From IMG/VR virus record IMGVR_UViG_3300028025_003736, positions 1 to 58,123 of that record: a stretch of 58,123 nt of DNA, one strand, 5' to 3'. This DNA comes from a virus (lineage: Duplodnaviria > Caudoviricetes). Below, one piece after another: positions 8,061 through 19,000 of the stretch. Numbering within the stretch: the stretch's first letter is position 1; every line of letters begins with the position of its first letter. Made by a program: the position numbers and the translations under genes. The notes under the pieces are model-generated. The model was not told the DNA's origin, ran no database searches, and saw only the letters and a list, made by a program, of their open reading frames with translations.

Positions 8061-10367
8061 ATGGAAAACAATAACAACAAGCAGGTTTTAAACTTTCACC
8101 TATCTAGCTTTAAAAGCAAGAGAGACACAAAAGAAGGTCTGAAGATATCTAAGTTTCTTGAGAAAGCTTATAATAGTGGATACTTCTCAAAGAGAAATAG
8201 AAAGTTCGAAAAGAACAGGATGTTTGCCAGGGGCAGGCAACCAATGTCTGAATTTCTTGACCTACTAAATGTAGATGGAAAGGAAGCATTTGTAAATCTT
8301 GACATGAAAGCGCCAGCTATTGCACCTAAGTTTATACAGGTAATTATTGGAGGTTTCATGAAAAGGGATGAGAAGATTAGAGTAACAGCCGTTGACCCTG
8401 TTTCTACAGAAAGGAAAACATATGAGAGAGAAGAGGCTGAGTTTAGAATGAACTTTGGTGAAGATGTTAAGGGAGTTGAAGATATGGCAGGTGTCAAGCT
8501 TATGCCTGAAAATGCCTATACTCCAGAAGATTATGAAGAACTTGAGTTATTCTTTAATGAGTTTCAGATTCCAGAGGAGATAATGTTTGAGAAGGGAATA
8601 AGTTCTGTATTTGATACAAACAGTTGGTCTGTAATAAAAAGAAAGCTAATTGAGGATATTATTGAGACTGGATTGGCTTGCACTAAAGTATCTGTAAACA
8701 GAGGTGGAAAGATAACTACTAGAAGAGTAATACCAGAAAATCTAATATATTCATATTCTGATTACGACGACTTTAGAGATATGTCTTTTATCGGAGAGGT
8801 TCTATCAATGAAGATTGTAGACGTTAGGAATAACTACCCAAGTATGGATGAGGAGCAATTATATAAGATTGCTCAAAAATCAAAGAATTACAATAGTCAA
8901 GTTAAATGGGATGACAGGTATAGATATAATATAGATAGACCATATGATGATTGGACTGTAGATGTTTTAGACTTTGAGATAAAGTCAATAGACAGTATGA
9001 TTTACCAAGCCCGTATTAATAAGTTTGGAAATCTAATTGTAGAAAGGAAAGAAAAAGAGCCACAAAAAGTAGGAGACAATAAGGAGATTATACGCAAGGA
9101 TATGCAAGTTGTATATAAAGGAATATATATTCTTGCTTCAGATATAATGCTTGAGTGGGGTTTAGCAAAGAATATGATTAAGCCTAGTATGGCTAAAGAG
9201 ATTGCTGATGTATATTTTAGTTATAGTGTATTTATGCACGAAAATCTTGACCTACAGAATATGGCCATACCAGAAAGGATGGAGACTTCTATTAGGCAGA
9301 TGACTCTTGCGCATTTAAAAATACAACAGCTAATTGCTAAACTTAGGCCATCTGGTCTTATTATAGATATAGATTCACTATCTGATATTAGTCTTGGACA
9401 GGGTAAAAATATTACTCCTTTAGAAATTCAGAAAATTTACGACCAAACTGGGAATATATACTACAGGAGAAGAACAGAAGATGGAGATGGCATGAATGGC
9501 TCGCCTATTCAAGAAGCTCCAAATAATGCTAGCATAGGACAAATCCAAGAGCTTATAACTGTTTATAACCACTATCTTGAAAGGCTTCGTGATGAAATTG
9601 GTGTAAATGAATATAGGGAAGGTGCTAGTGTAAATCCCAAAATGGGACTTGGCGTACAACAGGCTCAGATATCTGCATCAAATAATGCAACAGACTTTCT
9701 GTATGATGCATATTTGAACATATATACACAAACATCATTTAAGATTGCTTTACTTCTTTATGATTCAGTATTATATGGAGGTCAGGCATATAAGGAATAC
9801 TTATCAAATAATAATGTAGAAGGTAAAGTTTTTGATGTATTTATTGAAGCTTTGCCAGATGATTCTGAAAAGCAGTTTTTAAATCAAATGGTCCAAACTG
9901 CTTTATCTGCTGGTATGATTGAATTTGAAGATGCTTTTAAAGTAAGGAATATAAAGAATTATAAACTTGCTGAAATGTATCTTTCAAAAGCTAAGAAGCG
10001 TAAAATGAAAGAGGATATGCTGAAGTCTCAACAAAACTCACAAATGAATGCAGAGTCTCAACAGCAATCTATTGCTGCAAAGGCTCAAGCCGATGCTCAG
10101 ATGGAGCAAATTCAAGCTCAGAATAAAATATCTATTGTACAAACTGAGATGAAGTTTAAGCAAGATATTATGACTCAAGAGTTTGTTCAGTCCGCATTAA
10201 TGAAGTCATATGAACTTGATAAGGAATTGCCATCAGAAATACAATCTATTATTGACAGCTATTTCTCGGATATAGAGCAAATGAAAATGCAACAGCAGGC
10301 AATGCAGGAGCAGCAAATGCAAGAGCAAGAAATGCAAGAAGGTGGTCAAATGCCTGAAGCAGAATAA
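8061..10367 (+). CDS. portal protein
   Basis: ~770 aa directly after TerL, helical, Q/M-rich C-terminal barrel typical of podovirus/crAss-like portals. Confidence 0.85.
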   Translation: MENNNNKQVLNFHLSSFKSKRDTKEGLKISKFLEKAYNSGYFSKRNRKFEKNRMFARGRQPMSEFLDLLNVDGKEAFVNLDMKAPAIAPKFIQVIIGGFMKRDEKIRVTAVDPVSTERKTYEREEAEFRMNFGEDVKGVEDMAGVKLMPENAYTPEDYEELELFFNEFQIPEEIMFEKGISSVFDTNSWSVIKRKLIEDIIETGLACTKVSVNRGGKITTRRVIPENLIYSYSDYDDFRDMSFIGEVLSMKIVDVRNNYPSMDEEQLYKIAQKSKNYNSQVKWDDRYRYNIDRPYDDWTVDVLDFEIKSIDSMIYQARINKFGNLIVERKEKEPQKVGDNKEIIRKDMQVVYKGIYILASDIMLEWGLAKNMIKPSMAKEIADVYFSYSVFMHENLDLQNMAIPERMETSIRQMTLAHLKIQQLIAKLRPSGLIIDIDSLSDISLGQGKNITPLEIQKIYDQTGNIYYRRRTEDGDGMNGSPIQEAPNNASIGQIQELITVYNHYLERLRDEIGVNEYREGASVNPKMGLGVQQAQISASNNATDFLYDAYLNIYTQTSFKIALLLYDSVLYGGQAYKEYLSNNNVEGKVFDVFIEALPDDSEKQFLNQMVQTALSAGMIEFEDAFKVRNIKNYKLAEMYLSKAKKRKMKEDMLKSQQNSQMNAESQQQSIAAKAQADAQMEQIQAQNKISIVQTEMKFKQDIMTQEFVQSALMKSYELDKELPSEIQSIIDSYFSDIEQMKMQQQAMQEQQMQEQEMQEGGQMPEAE

Positions 10368-10401
10368 TATATATATATTTGCATATAAAATAAACCATAC
10401 C

Positions 10402-11550
10402 ATGTCTGAAACGCAAGAATTCAATCCGTTTAATTTGTCTGAATACTCAGGCACAGAAACAACTCAAGAAACGTCTTCTAATGTTCAACCAGAACAACAA
10501 CAAGCTGTAGAAGTTGTGTCATCTGAAGTTTCACAGGAAACTACACAAGATGGTCAACAACAGTCTGATGTTGTACAAATGAACACAGATTATTCTCAGC
10601 AAGTTCAACAAGAATCTGAGAGTAAGCAAGTTTTTGAAAATCAAGAGCCATCTGAATTTACATTTGAATGGCCAAATGAAGTCTCAAAAGACATATACGA
10701 AAAGCTTATAAATGGTGACATTTCAGAGCTTGCCGATATGATTTATGAGCAAAAAGTTCTTTCTAGTTTAGATGATATGAGTGAGCATGATGTTGTTAAG
10801 CTGAAAATGGCTTATGAATATCCAGACCTTACTCCAGAAGAAATAGAAGACGAATTCAACAGTAAATATAGTGTTGAAGAAGACTTTGATGAATCAATGA
10901 TGACCGATGAAGAAGTTTCTTCAAAAAAGCGTCATATTGAGAAACAAAGAAAATCGCTTGCAAGGGAGATGAAGAAGGACGTTAGAGAAGCAAAAGATTA
11001 CCTTTCAAGCATGAAACAAGAGATTTCGTTTCCAGACATACTTAGTCAAGTAGCTGCTCCACAACAGTATGATACAGAATCAGTTGTGAGTCAATATTTG
11101 GCTAATCAGGAAGAAGAGCAATCTAAGGTCTACAATGTTGCTAGGCAGGAATACCTAAATAGCATCAATGATGGACTTAAATCTTTTGATGGATTTAGCG
11201 TCAATTACAAAGACGAGGATGTCTCATTTGACGGTAAGTATAGCCTAACTCCGGAAGACAAGGCTACTCTTACAAATTCATTAAAGGATTTTGATTTGGA
11301 AGAGTTTTATGGCAATAGGTACTACAAGGATGGTAGGTACGACGCTAAACAACTCGCCGAAGATGTCTACTTCCTGCAAAATAGAGATAAGATTGTTAAT
11401 TCTATGGTGACACAGGCTGTGTCTCGTGCAAAATTGGACATTCTTAAATCTATGAAAAATGTTGATTATAGCGACAGCCCAAGAGTTGCTGCTTCTTCTG
11501 CATCTACAGATGACTATAGTGCAATGGTATCGAAATTGTATAGTTTATAA
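10402..11550 (+). CDS. capsid scaffolding-like acidic protein
   Basis: Very acidic with disordered Q/E-rich N-terminus; lies between portal and major capsid gene. Confidence 0.65.
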   Translation: MSETQEFNPFNLSEYSGTETTQETSSNVQPEQQQAVEVVSSEVSQETTQDGQQQSDVVQMNTDYSQQVQQESESKQVFENQEPSEFTFEWPNEVSKDIYEKLINGDISELADMIYEQKVLSSLDDMSEHDVVKLKMAYEYPDLTPEEIEDEFNSKYSVEEDFDESMMTDEEVSSKKRHIEKQRKSLAREMKKDVREAKDYLSSMKQEISFPDILSQVAAPQQYDTESVVSQYLANQEEEQSKVYNVARQEYLNSINDGLKSFDGFSVNYKDEDVSFDGKYSLTPEDKATLTNSLKDFDLEEFYGNRYYKDGRYDAKQLAEDVYFLQNRDKIVNSMVTQAVSRAKLDILKSMKNVDYSDSPRVAASSASTDDYSAMVSKLYSL

Positions 11551-11572
11551 GTAACAATTAAAATAATTAAAA

Positions 11573-12880
11573 ATGCCAGTATTGCAACCAGGTGGTGTAT
11601 CCACCTCAATTAATAGGCAGTTCGTATCGGACTTGTCTATTTTGAAGCCACAATACTTCCCTCAATTTATTGAGAAGTATGGCTCACAAAACTATGCCCA
11701 ACTCCTTGAGGCTTTGGGTATGAAAGCAACCGTTCCTTCTAAGAAGTTCGGTCACTTCGAATCTCGTGGTAAACTCCATGACAACGTAAAAGTTTCATCA
11801 ATCACTGGTGGTGCTTCTGCAGGTGCTACAATCACTGTCGAAGTTGATGCAGCTTCTGTTAGCAGTAGCCGTAGCCCAGTTCGTCTTGGTGAAGTTGTAG
11901 AAAACGCAAAGAATGGTAAGCAGTATAAAATCACTGCTGTTACCGATTTTAACACGTTCACTATGACTCCGTTTGATTCTACAGAACTTGGAAACGCAAC
12001 TGTAGCAGCTGCTGACTTCCTTTTGTTCCGTGGTATCTCTGAAGCTGGTGAAGCTTCTACTAAGTTTGACAGCTTGGCTGGTCTTATCGAAGAGAAGACT
12101 TTCTACACTACAGAAATCCGTGAAGATTTCACCATTACTGATAGAGCTAAAATTGAAGAATTGTGGTTCGAAGTAAACGGTCAACCTTACTATACCTACA
12201 AAGGTTTGGATGAGGCTGTTCGCCGTTTCATGAATAACAAAGAGTTCAAATTGATGTTCGGTAAGCCAAATGGTGCTACGGGTTCAACTGGTTTGATTCC
12301 TCAAGTTGAGGCTGGTGGTCAAGTAACTACATGGGGTACTAGCTTTGATATTGATGATTTTCATAATCTAGCTCGTCTTGCTGACTTCAATGGTGGAGCT
12401 CAAGAATACCACTTCCTTATGGATAGCTACCTTCGCAGTGCTGTTGATGATGCTTTGTTCGCTAAGTATCAGAACGGTTCTATCGTATGGGCTTCTGTAG
12501 GTGGTTCTAGCGAAGTAGCTGTTAAATATGGCTTCGATTCTCTGAAAGTTGATGGTACTACCTTCCATTTGAAGAAGTATCTTCCTTTCAATGCTGAAGC
12601 TGTTTACGGACAGTCTATCGGTACTGCTGGATACTATGCTCGTACAGGTCTTTTGATTCCTGTTAAAGATGGTCGTGACGCTCAAACTGGCGATAAAGTT
12701 CCTTCTCTACGCATTGTTTACAATGAGGTTGAGCCTGGAAAAGAAATCAAAGTTTGGGAAACTGGTGCTCTTGCTAAAGTTCCAACTTCAGATAAGATGG
12801 AATTGAACGTACACCACATGTCATACTGCGGTATTCAGCTGTTCGCAGCTAACCAATTCATGAAAGTTACTTACGCTTAA
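11573..12880 (+). CDS. major capsid protein
   Basis: 435 aa, strong high-expression codon bias, position after scaffold, followed by a strong terminator; resembles crAss-like/Bacteroidetes podovirus capsid proteins. Confidence 0.85.
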   Translation: MPVLQPGGVSTSINRQFVSDLSILKPQYFPQFIEKYGSQNYAQLLEALGMKATVPSKKFGHFESRGKLHDNVKVSSITGGASAGATITVEVDAASVSSSRSPVRLGEVVENAKNGKQYKITAVTDFNTFTMTPFDSTELGNATVAAADFLLFRGISEAGEASTKFDSLAGLIEEKTFYTTEIREDFTITDRAKIEELWFEVNGQPYYTYKGLDEAVRRFMNNKEFKLMFGKPNGATGSTGLIPQVEAGGQVTTWGTSFDIDDFHNLARLADFNGGAQEYHFLMDSYLRSAVDDALFAKYQNGSIVWASVGGSSEVAVKYGFDSLKVDGTTFHLKKYLPFNAEAVYGQSIGTAGYYARTGLLIPVKDGRDAQTGDKVPSLRIVYNEVEPGKEIKVWETGALAKVPTSDKMELNVHHMSYCGIQLFAANQFMKVTYA

Positions 12881-12900
12881 TCGTAATACTATATGAATAA

Positions 12901-12933
12901 AGAGCCCCGCCTAGTGCGGGGTTTTCTTTTTTT
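12901..12933 (+). terminator. intrinsic terminator after major capsid gene
   Basis: GAGCCCCGC-CTAGT-GCGGGGTTT hairpin followed by a T-run. Confidence 0.85.
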
Positions 12934-12964
12934 AGTATATTTGCTTAAACCAAAAATTATAACC

Positions 12965-13894
12965 ATGGCAAAAGCAACGCGCAAGACATTAGACGAAAAT
13001 GGCAATATTGTTGAACTATCTGGTAGTATACCATCTGGAGACAATCTTGGATTTGAAAACACAATCGAGCAAGCAGAACTCCCAAAAAAGAAGAAAGAAC
13101 CAAAAGAGTATATTTTTCAGCTAATAGAAAAGTTCTATACTAGTACTTCAAATTACCCTAGACCTCCTTATCCAGAGACATATTTAATTAAAAATACTGA
13201 TGTAATCTACGATGAAGAGTCTGGAACTGAAAGAAATATTAGATATCTAGAAGGAGTTAGTACAGTTTATGAAGATGAGCAAGAGCATCTATCTGATTCT
13301 AAAAAAAGACAAAGGCCTGATATTAAATTTATAAATGGTATTCTTCGGGTTCAGTCAAACAGGACTTCACTATTAAAATTCTTGCTTCTTAGTAACATGA
13401 ATGATGGTAATAGTAACACTATTCATGGAACAAGAAAAATTTATAAAGTGATTGACTTTGACGCTCAAGAGCAAACAGCTATCAATAATGCTGAAATAAG
13501 GATGGATGCTATGAAAATGGCTATGGAAGCTAGTGTAGAAACTATGATTCCACATGCTCAATATCTTGGCGTTAGGTTCAAAAATACATATGGAGAGGAT
13601 AGGGGAGATAAGGCAATTAGGGTAGATTACCTTGATTTTGCTGATAAAAACCCAGATGCTTTTTTAAAGAGCTATAACAATCCTCTTGTTAAGATTGAAT
13701 ATGCAATCAGAAAGGCTATTGCCCTAGATTTAATTAATCTTCATTCTGTTAAGGGACAGGCTATTTGGGGTGATACAAAGAAATTTATCGCACAAATACC
13801 TGATAGGAAAGACCCTAACAAGCACCTAGCAGACTTCGCCTTAAGCGATTCTGGAAGGGATTTTTACTCTCAACTAAAGTCAATGACTTCATAA
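12965..13894 (+). CDS. morphogenesis-region protein following the capsid gene
   Basis: ATG 12965 after a promoter box; RNIRYLEG...IKFINGILRV motif; position between capsid and ring genes. Confidence 0.6.
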   Translation: MAKATRKTLDENGNIVELSGSIPSGDNLGFENTIEQAELPKKKKEPKEYIFQLIEKFYTSTSNYPRPPYPETYLIKNTDVIYDEESGTERNIRYLEGVSTVYEDEQEHLSDSKKRQRPDIKFINGILRVQSNRTSLLKFLLLSNMNDGNSNTIHGTRKIYKVIDFDAQEQTAINNAEIRMDAMKMAMEASVETMIPHAQYLGVRFKNTYGEDRGDKAIRVDYLDFADKNPDAFLKSYNNPLVKIEYAIRKAIALDLINLHSVKGQAIWGDTKKFIAQIPDRKDPNKHLADFALSDSGRDFYSQLKSMTS

Positions 13895-13927
13895 ACTAGC
13901 TTCGTGTTTCTTATGGTTTGATTGGTT

Positions 13928-13962
13928 TCTCCCGGTAGTTCTCTACTGGGAGATTTTGTTTT
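13928..13962 (+). terminator. intrinsic terminator
   Basis: TCTCCCGGTAG-TTCT-CTACTGGGAGA hairpin followed by TTTTGTTTT. Confidence 0.75.
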
Positions 13963-13973
13963 ATATTTGCTGT

Positions 13974-14642
13974 ATGAATATTAATGAGGTTTATAAAATT
14001 GTGTCATATTTGGTAGACAAATACCAAGGGACATACATTTCGCCAGATGACTTCAATATGGTGATTAATATGGCTCAAAACCAATATTTGGCATTTCTAA
14101 CAGATGATACAGGGCAGCCTAATAGAAATCAAAAGAATCCTGTTGGAATGTCAAATTCTGCTGTAGTTGCAGACGCTCTTTCTTCTTTTCTTTTAGAATT
14201 AAATATAAATGTAGCGTCTCAGTTAGCAGCAAAGCCTAATGACTTATATAAAACAATTGCAATAAGAACTACAGATGACAATTATCCTGTTAAGTTTGTA
14301 CCTGCTGATAAGATTTCGTCTTATATAGACAATGCAATAGACGCACCTAGCGTTACAGCTCCTATATACTATGAGATAGGCTCAAATTATAAGGTATTCC
14401 CTAGCGCACTAGCTACAATAAGGTTAAGTTATATAAAAACAGCTCAAACACTTAAGTGGGCTTATACTGGTAGTTTAATTTATGACGCAGTAAATAGCGT
14501 ACCAGCTAACAATGCATCCCTTGAGTGGGGAGATACAGATGCTTATGAAATAATATATAGGGCTGTGGGTGTTATAGGAATAAATCTTAAGGATGGAGAT
14601 TTAGTTAGGGCAGCTCAATTAGTAAAAAATGATGGACTATGA
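13974..14642 (+). CDS. tail ring / head-tail adaptor protein
   Basis: MNINEVY...YISPDDFNMVINMAQ helical N-terminus typical of crAss-like ring (P22 gp4-like) proteins. Confidence 0.65.
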   Translation: MNINEVYKIVSYLVDKYQGTYISPDDFNMVINMAQNQYLAFLTDDTGQPNRNQKNPVGMSNSAVVADALSSFLLELNINVASQLAAKPNDLYKTIAIRTTDDNYPVKFVPADKISSYIDNAIDAPSVTAPIYYEIGSNYKVFPSALATIRLSYIKTAQTLKWAYTGSLIYDAVNSVPANNASLEWGDTDAYEIIYRAVGVIGINLKDGDLVRAAQLVKNDGL

Positions 14643-15262
14643 TAAGGAGAGCTCTTATAGAACAGATTAGAAGAATGTACTACGGAGGGATGCCTAGCGA
14701 CGATGCAAACCTTACTGAGAATGAGGTTAATCAATATATAAACCAGGGAATTGCTTATATAGCAAAGGTAAATTATACGGATTCTATAAAGATAGACGGG
14801 ATAGAGACTGTTAGTGATGCATTTTATACCACATTTAAGAATCTTGCAGTAGCAAAAGACAATGATACTGGATATTATTATGCAACACTACCACAGCCTC
14901 CTGTGGGGCTCTCGAGAGGGTATGGGATAGCTTCAGTAACATTTCCTGTAAGTACAGGTTTAGCAAAAGCTCCAACTGCCGTATCACCTCGTGAGGTTGA
15001 TTATATAGAGCAGATAAAACTTCCACCTAGTAAGATATTTTACTGGGCTGAAGGAGGTAAACTTTGGATGAGGAGCTACACCAACCTAGTTGGTAAGTTT
15101 GCTATAGTGAGGATGATTAGTTCAGAAAATAGCGATTTGACAGCGGAATTAAATGTTCCTGCTGAATATATTTCTGATATTATTAATTGGATTATGGACC
15201 AGTTAAAGTTCAGAAAGCAGATGACAGAGGATTCAACAAATGATGGGTTAGATACTAAATAA
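14639..15262 (+). CDS. tail ring protein
   Basis: Similar size and pattern to the flanking ring genes; ATGA overlap. Confidence 0.55.
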   Translation: MIRRALIEQIRRMYYGGMPSDDANLTENEVNQYINQGIAYIAKVNYTDSIKIDGIETVSDAFYTTFKNLAVAKDNDTGYYYATLPQPPVGLSRGYGIASVTFPVSTGLAKAPTAVSPREVDYIEQIKLPPSKIFYWAEGGKLWMRSYTNLVGKFAIVRMISSENSDLTAELNVPAEYISDIINWIMDQLKFRKQMTEDSTNDGLDTK

Positions 15263-15267
15263 AAAAT

Positions 15268-16038
15268 ATGGCAAAGTCTACAGCACAATGGGTAGGTCTC
15301 GCAGAAATAATTTATCAATACATTGACCAAGCTAAACTAACATCTGCTGAGTTTAGAAGGTTATGGACTATTGGAGTTAGAGGCGTAGAAGAAATTGGTC
15401 TTGATGTACACATGACACCAAAAACTGTAAAGTTGATGGTTAATGCAAACAAGACGGTAACACTACCTTCTGACTTTATTGCCTTCTCAAAAGTTGGAGT
15501 ATTTAATCCTTCTGGGGAAGTAGCTACACTTAGGAGAAATCCTGATTTAACAGCTTATAAAATAGACCAAAACGATAGGCTTACAAGCAATACGGATGAT
15601 ACACAATTAGAGACATTTAGGATGCAGGACCTAGCATATGTGAACTATTTTGATGGAGCTAGATATGTAAATGTGTTTGGCGCTGGCTCTCTTTTAAATT
15701 CTGCTGGACAGTTTGATGTATCTGAAGATGAGGGTATTATGTATCTTGATAATGACTACCCATATAATTATGTAGTAATGGAATATCTTTCTTCTCCTGC
15801 TGATGACGTTGACTATAAGGTTCCATTCCAAGTGAAAGAAGCTGTTTTATCCTATATAGCTTGGAAGGATATTGAGATGCTTCCTTCTGGGAGAAGAGTT
15901 ACATTAGGGGATAAACAAATAAGAAGAAAAGAATACTATAATCAAAAAAGATTAGCTAATCTTAGAGTAAACCCTGTGACTCCTTGGGATGCCAATGAGG
16001 TTATCAGGATGGGTCAAAAACTTGTAGCAAAAGCATAA
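15268..16038 (+). CDS. tail ring protein
   Basis: VTLPSDFI and YKVPFQVKEAVLSYIAW motifs; precedes the muzzle gene. Confidence 0.6.
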   Translation: MAKSTAQWVGLAEIIYQYIDQAKLTSAEFRRLWTIGVRGVEEIGLDVHMTPKTVKLMVNANKTVTLPSDFIAFSKVGVFNPSGEVATLRRNPDLTAYKIDQNDRLTSNTDDTQLETFRMQDLAYVNYFDGARYVNVFGAGSLLNSAGQFDVSEDEGIMYLDNDYPYNYVVMEYLSSPADDVDYKVPFQVKEAVLSYIAWKDIEMLPSGRRVTLGDKQIRRKEYYNQKRLANLRVNPVTPWDANEVIRMGQKLVAKA

Positions 16039-16039
16039 A

Positions 16040-19000
16040 ATGAAGATAGAAAGGAAACAGCTGTCTGGAACACTGAATCTTGATGATTCAAATGATATAC
16101 TTCCGTCTACGCATCACAAAGAGGCAGTAAATGTAGTATTTAGAGGTGGGCAATCTGGGTATTCAGCACAAAGTGCATTAGGGAATAGAAACATATCTAA
16201 CAGTTTGCCTGGTGGAACTAATATGTGTATAGGGACATATTACGACCAACAGAAACAGCGTTTATTTTATTTCAACTATAATTCTAATGGGAATCATGGT
16301 ATTTACATATATAATACAATTCCTAAAACAATACAAACTCTTTTCTTAAATAACACGCATAGTTCTTCGGATGTATTAGGGTTCGATATAAACAATCCAA
16401 TAACATCAGTAAATATTATCTATGGGGCTATTTATAATTCAACAAACGATATAGATGGTGATGTTTTATATTGGATTGATTCTTTAGGAAGGCCTTCTAA
16501 ATTAAATATTGATAGAAAACTTGCTATGGTGTACGCTTCGTATAAGAGGTCGTATATAGATGTTGCAAAGCCATGCCCTTCAATGCCAATTCAATGCACA
16601 TATGAAAACGATTTATTTGTAACAAACAATAACTTAAAAAACGCCCTTTATCAGTTTATTTATAGGTGGGTTTATGATGATGGTGAAAAGTCTGTATGGA
16701 GTACAGGTAGTGAGATTCCACTTCCTTTATTTTCAGAAAATCAAGCCGTGTCTTCAGACCCAAAGAAAAACTCAAGAATAAATCTTTATTATTCTACAGG
16801 AGACCAAACAGTTAGAAAAGTTGAACTAGCTGTTAGGGAATGCGTAGATGGTGTTATTAGTGATTATGGGCTAATTACAAGTATAGACAAGTCTACTACT
16901 ACCACAAATAATGTTGTTTACAACTTTTTATTTTACAATAATAGTGTAATTACTCCAATTGACCAGACTGAACAAAATCTTCTTTTCGATTATATCCCAC
17001 AAAAGGCGAATGCACAAGAACTTTTGAATGGTAATACGATAATTTATGGAGGAATAACAGAAGGGTATAACATACATAAAGACAATAATTTTGTTACAAC
17101 ATCAAATACTACAAACTCCTTTAATAAGATAAATGGATTATTATTTTTTGCTGCACAAGGAGGATTTATGTCATATGGGGATTCAGAATCTGTACAGGTT
17201 ATACTGACAGGTTATGGTACAAATAATGGAAGTACAAATATTCCAACTACAGTAACAACAGCAGTTGGTGCTGACTTTATGATAAACCTAAGAAATGATA
17301 TAACTGGTGTAAATTATTACATAAACTATTTATCTAGCGCTACTGATAGTGTTAGTACAATACTAAATGGACTAGCTTCATCTGCAACATCACAAGGATT
17401 TATTGCATCTGTTTCTGGTAATCAATTAACTATATCTAATAATCCTCCAACAACAATACCAACAATATCGAGATGGTTGCAATCTGCATTTACTTTATCA
17501 AGCAATTCGGAATCTCCATTTACATCTACATATAAAACAAATGTTATAAATGCTAGCATACCATCATCTAATTATAGATATGGTATAGTATACTATGATG
17601 AAAAAGGAAGGACTAATGGAGTCGTTACAACAGATTCTTTAAAAGTTACAACTCCAAGATTTAATGCAAATGAGAATTATCCATCTATTACTATTGACAT
17701 AAGCGGAATACCTCCTTTATGGGCATCATACTATAATTTAGTAAGAACAGAGAACCTTACATATAATAAAAATTTATCTTGGGTTACTAGAAGGGCGTTT
17801 TTCACAGAAGCTACATTCTCTTCAACTACAGATACAATAGTATATCTTGGTATAGATAATATGATTGATTATAACTCCAACATAAAGTCTACATCTGGAT
17901 ATATAGGATATGATTTTGCTCCTGGAGATAGGATTAGGTTTCTTTCTAAGATAGCTAATGATGGAAGTATATATGAATATAATAGTGGAGATGTATTAGA
18001 TTTTGAAGTTATAGGTCTTGAATCTGACCCCAATGCAGACGGTGTAGTTATTCCTGGTACGTATATAAAAATAAAATATCCAACAGGATTTACTTCAGCA
18101 ATGTTTGGATTTTATAGGGCAACTGAATATGTTACACCTCCATTACTGAAGGAAAACTTCCAGAATTACCAAATACAGATTTATAATAATAAAAGGCCAC
18201 AAGGGACAGATATATACTATGAATTTGGTAAGCAGTTTTCTATCGGGCTACCTGGAACATCTAACAGATATCATGTAGGGGAAAATAGTTCTCAAAAAAG
18301 GGGAACAATACCAGGCGGAGCGCAGCCTGCGGTAGTATATGCAACTAGTGGGGATAATTACTATAGATTTAGAGATATCCCTATAGGAGCTAGATATATG
18401 TTTACTGCTGGTTCATATATTCAAAATGGTAGTGCAGGAGGTCAGTTTAGCACTATAGTTATAAATGTGCAAGATAGTACAAATACTGCACAGACCATAA
18501 ATACTGGCACATCTCAATATGAAATAAAGTCTCAAACTACTCCAGCAAGCACTTGCACTCTTGCACAAAGCGATTATCCAAACTGGGCAACATCAGATTA
18601 TTTATTTTATAATAAATCGGGTTCTGCTATAACTGTTAAAGTAAAAGGAACAATACCTGTTTCTAAAAATGCAGCAAATCCTCAATATGTAAAAATTCAT
18701 GCAAAAATATTAACTTCTTCTTCTGTAACTATAAAAACAATAAAAGATAGAGTAGGTTTAAATGAAACTAATCTTCAATATAATATAGATTTTGAAGGTA
18801 GAATATTAGTTCCTGCATTATCAAAACTATTTTTGCTTACAGAGTGTACTTCAACTTCTTCTATAGAACTAATTGTTGGAGCATTTGACTTAGATTTTAG
18901 TGTTGTTAAAAACGCACAAATAGGTGTTGTTGAGGATAGCTTTAGTGATACATATAAGTTAAAGTTAAATTCAAATTCAAGACCTGTTGTATATGACCAA

